Of a stretch of DNA of 35,339 nt, positions 28,687-35,339 are shown in pieces. Position numbers and translations under genes: made by a program. The stretch's first letter is position 1. The number at the start of each line of letters is the position of its first letter. Below the pieces are notes generated by a model. It saw only the letters and a list, made by a program, of their open reading frames with translations. It made no database searches and was not told where the DNA came from. The DNA lies in the sequence record SRR2962707_898. One strand, given 5' to 3'.

Positions 28687-29825
28687 GCGGCGCTCGCAAT
28701 ATCAATCGCATGACGGCGGGCATTATGGCGCATCGTATCAAAATAGATCGAGCGCAGCAGACCCAAGATGTCGTCATTTGCAGCTTGGTGCGGCTCAGTT
28801 TTAGCGCCTTCAAGCCGTTCCATAACCATGCGTGTAACTTCTTGAGCGCCCGCATTGAACCGGCCCTGCGCAACATTACGCCATAGATCAATTGCATGCG
28901 TAAACACAGGAATAACACTCTCTGAAAGTCCGGCGCTTGAAAGCAAAGCACGCAATTGCGTTGCCCGTTCATTGACGAGAATAGATGTGACGCGCGAAAC
29001 GCTCTGCGCAGATAGATCCGCTATAACATGGGCCAGAAAATCCATTTTGCCATAACAGGCGGTACGAATAAGAAACTGCGTTGTCAGATCACCATTATCG
29101 CGCATTGCGTCGATAAATTTGTTCACATTGCTAGCATCCGTGTTGCCAACCATATGCACCAAGGCGCGCTGTTCCGCATCACGCACGATAATATCAGATG
29201 TGCCGCTATCACGCTGTTTGCCAAATAGAGCTAATTTTGAAAGCGCAGTGCTTGCAGCTTTAAGCACTTTAAGGCGCAGATCAGGCTCTAGCTCTTTGCG
29301 TTTCAGCAATGCGCCGCGCACATTGGCGTCGCTCACATGGCGCGACACAATTTTATTGCGGCACTTGGCGCAAATATCGGCATTGAAATTCTGCAAAAGC
29401 GTAACGCAGGCCTCAGCGCAGGCAAATTCAGAAATCGCCTGTGCAAGGCGATTAGAAACGCGCGGACGATTAGCAATCGCCGCCTGCAAGCGGTTCTCAG
29501 CGGTACGCACACGCATAATGAGATCACGATCATCGACGATAGGTGAGCGCGCCACCACAAGGCTGGCAATCGCATATTGATCATGGATTAAAGCACTCAC
29601 AACCTGAACAGGCGCGTTCGCACTGGCGCTTAGAGCTTCAGCAAGCGCATAGCGCACTTTTTCCGACGGATCATCAAGTAGCAATGTCAGCGCCGCTTCA
29701 GCAGCGCAATAATCATCAAATGGAAGATTGGAGTAGAGATACGCACGGCCAAGGGCAGAAGCAGCGGCGCTACGCCGAGAAACATCGGCTGAATCTTTCC
29801 ATTGCAAAAAATGCTGAATAATCAA
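28683..29825 (-). CDS. DUF2336 domain-containing protein
   Basis: All-helical 380-aa protein with MIIQHFLQW, LTLLLDDPS.KVR.ALAEAL and AIANRP motifs. TTG start 9 nt after AGGAG. Confidence 0.82.
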   Translation of the reverse strand: MIIQHFLQWKDSADVSRRSAAASALGRAYLYSNLPFDDYCAAEAALTLLLDDPSEKVRYALAEALSASANAPVQVVSALIHDQYAIASLVVARSPIVDDRDLIMRVRTAENRLQAAIANRPRVSNRLAQAISEFACAEACVTLLQNFNADICAKCRNKIVSRHVSDANVRGALLKRKELEPDLRLKVLKAASTALSKLALFGKQRDSGTSDIIVRDAEQRALVHMVGNTDASNVNKFIDAMRDNGDLTTQFLIRTACYGKMDFLAHVIADLSAQSVSRVTSILVNERATQLRALLSSAGLSESVIPVFTHAIDLWRNVAQGRFNAGAQEVTRMVMERLEGAKTEPHQAANDDILGLLRSIYFDTMRHNARRHAIDIASAA

Positions 29826-29866
29826 AACATGCTACTCCTAACTAAGATTTCCAAAGTTAGGCGAAA

Positions 29867-29889
29867 ATGGTTTACGATCAGTTTACCAT
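29867..29889. promoter_or_regulatory. Putative CtrA-binding site upstream of the DUF2336 gene
   Basis: ATGG-TTTA-CGATCAG-TTTAC-CAT matches TTAA-N7-TTAAC with one mismatch per half-site, inside an ATGGT...ACCAT dyad. Confidence 0.5.
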
Positions 29890-29911
29890 CTTTGTTTGCA
29901 AAGCATTTAGC

Positions 29912-30508
29912 TTATTTTGGGCGCTCTAATTCAAAAATTTCGCGAATTATCGCATAATCCTTATAGCCAAGACGCGATACAGGACGTGCTTTTGTCAGAT
30001 CAAAACGCCCATTGGTGAGCACTTCTTCAGAAATCGTGATGCCGACAACTTGGCCAAAGACAACCCAAGAATCCAGCGCAGCGCCATTTAAGTCTTTCTG
30101 GCGAAGAATATCGACAACCTTACATTCAAGGTTTGCATAGGCTTCTGCCACGCAAGGAGGACTAATCATCTTGCATGGCGCCATTTTAATTCCAGCAAAG
30201 TCAAATTCACTTTCGCCGTGCGGTAAAGCCGCCGAAGTCGCACTCATCTCATATAGCAAATTTTCGCCAACGAAATTATAGGCAAATTCGCCAGTCTCTT
30301 CGATGTTGCGCAGAGAATCTTTACGCGCTGAAGAGGCAAACATGACGATTGGCGGCGTATCATTTACAGCATTGAAAAACGAATAAGGCGCGAGGTTCGG
30401 CGCGCCCTCTTTCGAGATCGATGAAATCCACCCAATAGGCCGCGGCGATATAATTGCCTTGAACGGATTATACGCAAGGCCATGACCAGCGGCGACTTCA
30501 TAAAACAT
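29912..30508 (-). CDS. Flavin reductase family protein
   Basis: PFKAIISPRPIGWISS, NLAPYSFFN, KDSLRNIEETGEF and VSRLGY motifs. Start moved to the ATG at 30508 (GGAG upstream). Confidence 0.9.
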   Translation of the reverse strand: MFYEVAAGHGLAYNPFKAIISPRPIGWISSISKEGAPNLAPYSFFNAVNDTPPIVMFASSARKDSLRNIEETGEFAYNFVGENLLYEMSATSAALPHGESEFDFAGIKMAPCKMISPPCVAEAYANLECKVVDILRQKDLNGAALDSWVVFGQVVGITISEEVLTNGRFDLTKARPVSRLGYKDYAIIREIFELERPK

Positions 30509-30521
30509 AAATGGCTCCGAT

Positions 30522-31112
30522 TTAGCTTTTTGCTGGGCCTTGATAGACAGATGTAAGCGCGGCCACATCAGGACGTGGACGATCAGGTATAGTCACATCA
30601 CAATTGCCCAAGTGAATGATACCGGCCACGCGCTCATGCGGCTCTAAACCCAAGATTGCGCGTCCTTCTGGAAGGTCGCAGAACCAGCCGGAAATCCAGT
30701 TGGCAGCAAAACCAGCAGCGGTTGCAGCACTTACGAGGTTCATCGCGACAGCGCCCGCGCTTAAAAACTGTTCCCATTCAGGAATGTGATCCCCATCGAC
30801 AATATTTGAAATAACGCCAATGGCCAAAGGCGCTCGATTGAGCCTATTTTTTTCCCGTTCAATCGCATCTTCTGGCAGAGGCCCGTTACGCTTTACTGCC
30901 AATGCAGCAATCGCCTCACCGGCATCTTTCGCCGCTTGACCGCGATAAATAATAAAGCGCCAAGGTTCCTTGCGGCCATGGTCTGGAACACGCGCAGCAA
31001 TTTCCAAGAGCTCTGCTATTTGCTCATCATTGGGACCGGGTCCAACATATTGCGTTAGGGGAACAGATTTTCGGCTCTTTAGAAAATCAAGTGCAGCTTG
31101 ATTGGCAATCAT
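30522..31112 (-). CDS. Nitroreductase family protein (YdjA-like)
   Basis: SRKSV, ARVPDHGRKEPWRFI, RAPL, PEWEQFLSAGAV, GFAANWISGW and DRPRP motifs. Confidence 0.9.
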   Translation of the reverse strand: MIANQAALDFLKSRKSVPLTQYVGPGPNDEQIAELLEIAARVPDHGRKEPWRFIIYRGQAAKDAGEAIAALAVKRNGPLPEDAIEREKNRLNRAPLAIGVISNIVDGDHIPEWEQFLSAGAVAMNLVSAATAAGFAANWISGWFCDLPEGRAILGLEPHERVAGIIHLGNCDVTIPDRPRPDVAALTSVYQGPAKS

Positions 31113-31235
31113 AACAAATCCTACTTCTTCTCATTTTACATCATTCATATCGGTGATTTGCCTTGAAATTGCCACCACAATACGGTCCAAAGGTATAAAC
31201 GGTCAGTCAACCATTAGTGAAACACCAAAGATTCA

Positions 31236-32189
31236 ATGCCATCATTCGATAAACATTGGAAAATTTCGATCATCAGTGCGCTAATGATGACGCTATTGAG
31301 CGCGCCAATGGCAATCGCGCAGCAGGTTAATCTGCCGAAATTAGATCTGCCCGGCCTTTCAAGTTACACGCCTGCAGAACGCAAAATCCCGCTAAAAGGC
31401 GTTGAAACACGCACATTGTTTCTAGAAGCGCGATTAACTGCGGACTCTGAACCGCTCGACGACGGCATTGTATGGCGCATATTCGGCACATCGAAAGATG
31501 CTGTTGGCAAAATGCCGCTCATCGCTTCTGTGAGCAGCGGCGGTGCCCGTGTTGAACTCCCGCAAGGCAGCTATATCGTTCACGCGGCATTTGGACGAGC
31601 CGGTGCAACGTCACGCATTAATATTGGCGAAGAAGCCCGCGTCGAATCATTGGTGCTAAACGCCGGCGGCCTGCGCCTTGACGCAACCCTGCCCGATGGC
31701 GGGTCAATGCGATCAGATCGTCTTAAATTTGATATTTATGAACCAGAGGGCGACAATCCCGAAGCGCGTCTTATTTTGCCCGATGTGCCCCCTGGGAAAA
31801 CCATCAGGCTCAATGCAGGCACCTATCACATTGTCTCAAAATATGGCCATATCAACGCCGTTACACGCGCTGATTTGCGCGTTGAAGCAGGCAAGATAAC
31901 CGAAGCAACGATTGAGCAGCGCGCCGCACAGGTAAACCTCAACCTCGTGCGCTCTGCCAACGGCTTTCCCCTCGCCGATACAGCTTGGTCCATCATCAAC
32001 CAATCGGGCGATTTGGTGCGCCAAGATGTCGGAGCGGTTCCAAGCATGATCCTATCTGCCGGTGAATATACGGTGATCGCCAAGAATAAAGATAAGGTCT
32101 ATCAGCAAGACATTGAAGTGGTTGCTGGCCGCGATAAAACGATCCGCATTGAGACTAAAGCTGAAAACGAAGTCAGAACGGACGAGTAA
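31236..32189 (+). CDS. Exported protein of unknown function with three beta-sandwich-like repeats
   Basis: Sec signal peptide (..APMAIA-Q). Three L-x-x-G-x-Y-x-[IV] motifs spaced 84 and 81 aa apart. Confidence 0.75.
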   Translation: MPSFDKHWKISIISALMMTLLSAPMAIAQQVNLPKLDLPGLSSYTPAERKIPLKGVETRTLFLEARLTADSEPLDDGIVWRIFGTSKDAVGKMPLIASVSSGGARVELPQGSYIVHAAFGRAGATSRINIGEEARVESLVLNAGGLRLDATLPDGGSMRSDRLKFDIYEPEGDNPEARLILPDVPPGKTIRLNAGTYHIVSKYGHINAVTRADLRVEAGKITEATIEQRAAQVNLNLVRSANGFPLADTAWSIINQSGDLVRQDVGAVPSMILSAGEYTVIAKNKDKVYQQDIEVVAGRDKTIRIETKAENEVRTDE

Positions 32190-32192
32190 GGC

Positions 32193-33029
32193 CTAAAGCT
32201 TTCGCTTTGGATTCAGGCTGAAAACCGCATCATATAAATGCTGCAATAATTGCTTGCGGTCTTCCAAATGAGCCAGCGATGACCAATCCATAATCGCCCC
32301 AATATGAGCATGTATTGGTTTGCCGCACCGTTTGTGGAATTCACGAATGAGCAAAGATGTACGCAACGTCAGCGAAAACTTGCTGACCAAATGAAACAGC
32401 CAGCCATTTTGCCCCTCAAAGAAAACCGGAATAACCGATGCTTTTGCTGATTGCACAAGCCGTGCAGTAAACATTTTCCACGGCAAATCATGGGCACGGC
32501 CAACACCTTTTGGCGCTGTTGCAACACCGCCCGATGGAAAGATGATGATCGTCACACCCTCTTTGAGCAATTTGACAGCTTCTTGGCGGGTCTTAAGATT
32601 AAGCGCCAATGCCTCTTTGGTTTCTTCAAAAGAGATCGGCAACGAATAGGGATGAATTTCCGGCACTTTCATCAGATCATTATTGATGACCACGCGAAAA
32701 GGTCTATCGAGCTGCTCAGCAAGGGCGAGAAAGGCGATGCCGTCGCCAATGCCATAGGGGTGATTAGCAATCAAAACCAGCGGCGTATCTGGCAATTCGC
32801 GTGGCGGCCATGCTTCGCCCGGTGTAAATTGCACATCAATGAGCGATAGCATTTCGGTAAAAACACGGTCGTTCTTGCCGAAAATCTCATTGCGCCAATA
32901 TTCGTAGAGTTCAACGAGACTATCGCGGCCCGATGCATTTTCCACAGCGCGAATAAGCCAGCGTTTAAAGGCCGGATCGTTGGGGCGAGCATAGGAAAGC
33001 TCTGAAAACCGTTGATTATTCTGCATCAT
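32193..33029 (-). CDS. Lysophospholipid/glycerolipid acyltransferase family protein (PlsC-like fold)
   Basis: ANHPYGIGD (HX4D), IIFPSGGV and VIPVFFEGQN motifs. The start is uncertain (33029 or 33026 rather than 33083). Confidence 0.85.
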   Translation of the reverse strand: MMQNNQRFSELSYARPNDPAFKRWLIRAVENASGRDSLVELYEYWRNEIFGKNDRVFTEMLSLIDVQFTPGEAWPPRELPDTPLVLIANHPYGIGDGIAFLALAEQLDRPFRVVINNDLMKVPEIHPYSLPISFEETKEALALNLKTRQEAVKLLKEGVTIIIFPSGGVATAPKGVGRAHDLPWKMFTARLVQSAKASVIPVFFEGQNGWLFHLVSKFSLTLRTSLLIREFHKRCGKPIHAHIGAIMDWSSLAHLEDRKQLLQHLYDAVFSLNPKRKL

Positions 33030-33109
33030 TGTCGACCCGTATAACATGCCATTGCCGCCCATTTTATGACAAATGCGCGGCAATGAGAATGATATTTTTC
33101 AGCAGGGCA

Positions 33110-35092
33110 TTAACCCGCTGAAAGTGCTTTGCGTTTGCGCACCAAGTCTGGCGGTGTCGCTTCTTCCACCAATGATGCGATTGCCTCATTCAGCGCCATA
33201 GGCGTTTGATCACGTGAACCAAGACGGCGAATATTGACCGTGTTTTGCTCTGCTTCACGCTGACCAATAACAATAATCACCGGCACTTTTGCCACAGAAT
33301 GCTCACGCACCTTGTAATTGATCTTTTCATTGCGGAAATCGGTCGCAACTTGCATACCAGCATCGCGTAATTGATCGGCAACACCCTGCGCGTAATCATC
33401 GGCATCAGAAGTAATCGTGGCGACAACAACCTGCATTGGCGCAAGCCAAAGCGGGAAATGACCGGCATAGTTTTCCAAGATAATGCCAAGGAAACGCTCC
33501 ATCGAGCCACAAATGGCGCGGTGGATCATAACAGGTTGCTTTTTCTCAGAATCGCTATCGATGTAGAATGCGCCAAAGCGTTCCGGCAGGTTAAAGTCCA
33601 CCTGCGTTGTGCCGCACTGCCATGTCCGGCCGATCGCATCTTTGAGCGTATATTCAAACTTAGGGCCGTAGAACGCGCCCTCGCCTGGATTAATGCCTGT
33701 TTTGATGCGTCCGCCTGATTGCGCCTCAATGTCTTTGAGAACATTCATCATCACTTCTTCAGCGTGATCCCAGTTTTCATCTGAACCAACGCGCTTTTCA
33801 GGGCGAGTAGACAGCAGAACTGTGACTTCCGAAAAGCCAAAATCCTCATACACTGACAAAATCAGCTCATTGATCCGCATACATTCTGCGGCCATCTGCT
33901 CTTCTGTGCAGAACACATGCGCATCATCCTGCGTAAAGCCGCGCACACGCATGAGGCCGTGCAACGCACCTGATGGCTCATAGCGATGTACAACACCAAA
34001 TTCTGCCAAACGAATGGGCAGATCACGGTAGGATTTCAAACCATGTTTGAAAATTTGCACATGGCCCGGACAGTTCATCGGTTTAAGCGCAAATGTGCGC
34101 TGGTCTTCAGCTTCAGGATCGGCAGATTTCACGCCGAACATATTTTCCTTATACCAAGCCCAGTGACCAGATGTTTCCCAGAGGTCAGACACCAACACTT
34201 GCGGCGCATTAACTTCATCATAGGTGCCAGCCAAGCAGCGACGCATATAAGAAACAATCGTTTGGAAAATGCGCCAACCTTTGGCGTGCCAGAACACAAC
34301 ACCCGGCCCTTCTTCCTGAAAATGGAACAAGTCCATCTCACGGCCAAGGCGGCGATGATCCCGCTTTTCCGCTTCTTCAAGCATATGAAGATAAGCGTCC
34401 AGCTCTTTTTGCTCAGCCCATGCTGTGCCGTAAATGCGCGTCAGCATTTCATTGTCTGAATCGCCGCGCCAATAGGCACCAGCCACTTTCATCAATTTAA
34501 ATGCTGTACCGATTTGGCCCGTTGAAGCCATATGCGGACCACGGCAAAGGTCAAACCAATCGCCCTGATAATAGATCTTTAGATCTTCATCGCCTGGGAT
34601 CGCGTCAATCAGCTCAATCTTATAGTTCTCGCCCTTATCGGCAAAAACCTGCTTGGCTTTTTCGCGTGACCAAATTTCTTTGGTAAAAGGCGCATTGCGC
34701 TGAATGATCTCGCGCATTTTCTTTTCAATAAGCGGCAGCTCTTCCTCAGTGAAAGGCTTGTCGCGCTTAAAGTCATAGAAAAAGCCGTTATCGATCACCG
34801 GACCGATTGTTACTTGCGTGCCAGGAAACAGTTCCTGCACCGCTTCGGCCATCACATGCGCAGCATCATGGCGGATAAGCTCAACTGCGCGCGGATCGTC
34901 GCGTGTGACGATTTCTATCGCGCCTGTGCGAATAGGATCGCTTAAATCCTGCATCACCCCATCAAGGGCAATGGCGACAGATTTTTTAGCCAGTGATTTT
35001 GAAATGCCCTCGGCGACATCGCGGCCAGTCGTGCCAGCATCATATTCGCGGATAGAGCCATCGGGAAATGTTAGTGAAATGGCGTTTGCCAT
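33110..35092 (-). CDS. thrS: Threonine--tRNA ligase
   Basis: TGS domain, editing motifs RHDAAH and [31 protein letters not shown], and an anticodon-binding domain; AAGGAG ribosome-binding site. Confidence 0.98.
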   Translation of the reverse strand: MANAISLTFPDGSIREYDAGTTGRDVAEGISKSLAKKSVAIALDGVMQDLSDPIRTGAIEIVTRDDPRAVELIRHDAAHVMAEAVQELFPGTQVTIGPVIDNGFFYDFKRDKPFTEEELPLIEKKMREIIQRNAPFTKEIWSREKAKQVFADKGENYKIELIDAIPGDEDLKIYYQGDWFDLCRGPHMASTGQIGTAFKLMKVAGAYWRGDSDNEMLTRIYGTAWAEQKELDAYLHMLEEAEKRDHRRLGREMDLFHFQEEGPGVVFWHAKGWRIFQTIVSYMRRCLAGTYDEVNAPQVLVSDLWETSGHWAWYKENMFGVKSADPEAEDQRTFALKPMNCPGHVQIFKHGLKSYRDLPIRLAEFGVVHRYEPSGALHGLMRVRGFTQDDAHVFCTEEQMAAECMRINELILSVYEDFGFSEVTVLLSTRPEKRVGSDENWDHAEEVMMNVLKDIEAQSGGRIKTGINPGEGAFYGPKFEYTLKDAIGRTWQCGTTQVDFNLPERFGAFYIDSDSEKKQPVMIHRAICGSMERFLGIILENYAGHFPLWLAPMQVVVATITSDADDYAQGVADQLRDAGMQVATDFRNEKINYKVREHSVAKVPVIIVIGQREAEQNTVNIRRLGSRDQTPMALNEAIASLVEEATPPDLVRKRKALSAG

Positions 35093-35107
35093 GGTCTATT
35101 CTCCTTT

Positions 35108-35133
35108 CCAGTCCCGCTTACGAACGCGGGTGG
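35108..35133 (-). promoter_or_regulatory. Candidate thrS translational operator (tRNA-Thr anticodon-arm mimic)
   Basis: The mRNA reads CCA-CCCGC-[GUUCGUAA]-GCGGG-AC-UGG immediately 5' of the SD AAAGGAG. The loop carries CGU, a Thr anticodon. Confidence 0.62.
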
Positions 35134-35150
35134 TTTCATCAATAGCCCTC

Positions 35151-35179
35151 ATCTATTCAATCAAGGCGCGTGAGTAAAG
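35151..35179 (-). promoter_or_regulatory. Putative sigma70 promoter of thrS
   Basis: The minus strand reads CTTTAC-N17-ATAGAT, close to the consensus CTTGAC-N17-CTATAT. Confidence 0.5.
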
Positions 35180-35212
35180 ATGCGAATATGCGTAAAAAAG
35201 CGCATCGCCCAC

Positions 35213-35241
35213 CTTGTGAAGCGCGCGCGGCTTTGCTATCT
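35213..35241 (+). promoter_or_regulatory. Putative sigma70 promoter of the tRNA-Leu gene
   Basis: CTTGTG-N17-CTATCT followed by GC-rich GCGC. Confidence 0.45.
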
Positions 35242-35312
35242 GCGCTCAGCCGGTATTCATATTGGCTTCTACCAAGTTCAAAAGCTGGCTTGCCAGCAAC
35301 AGAACAACAAGT

Positions 35313-35339
35313 GCGGTCGTGGCGGAATTGGTAGACGCG
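35313..35339 (+). tRNA. tRNA-Leu, 5' part only (truncated by the window end; anticodon not visible)
   Basis: GCGGTCG-TG-GCGGAATTGGTAGACGC-G is an acceptor-stem 5' strand plus the D-arm characteristic of bacterial tRNA-Leu. Confidence 0.85.

Noticed and set aside
35180-35339. Open plus-strand frame starting at ATG 35180 and running to the window end
   Set aside because: It overlaps the predicted tRNA promoter and the tRNA-Leu itself, and has no RBS or recognisable protein features.
1-35339. CRISPR array, IS element, prophage, defence system or retron-like array
   Set aside because: I found no repeat-spacer pattern, transposase, integrase, RT or toxin-antitoxin gene. All intergenic gaps are about 220 bp or less.

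Overview
Core-genome segment of an alphaproteobacterium with roughly 50% GC. Gene content and order are Rhizobiales/Hyphomicrobiales-like; that placement is an inference. Left to right: the 3' part of a DEAD-box RNA helicase; a TfoX-family gene; a minus-strand Fe-S cluster operon (IscS/NifS-type desulfurase, sufB, an unannotated 51-aa membrane protein, sufC, sufD, sufS, sufT, sufA); an alpha/beta hydrolase; anmK; tyrS; an AsmA/YhdP-like protein; bcp; an M23 peptidase; a minus-strand run of lipoprotein, aminotransferase, hom, glpX and recJ; sfsA-map-radC; ATP12; parE; a DUF2336 protein; a nitroreductase and flavin reductase pair; an exported protein with three repeats; an acyltransferase; thrS; and the first 27 nt of a tRNA-Leu. 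I see no mobile element, CRISPR array, prophage or defence island, and no clearly new multi-gene system. The most notable signals the ORF track does not explain are: (i) a hairpin with a tRNA-Thr-like UUCGUAA anticodon loop just upstream of the thrS Shine-Dalgarno, a candidate single-domain autoregulatory operator; (ii) a small two-helix membrane protein coupled to the sufB stop codon; (iii) an Irr/ICE-like box in front of sufB; (iv) a CtrA-like box in front of the DUF2336 gene.
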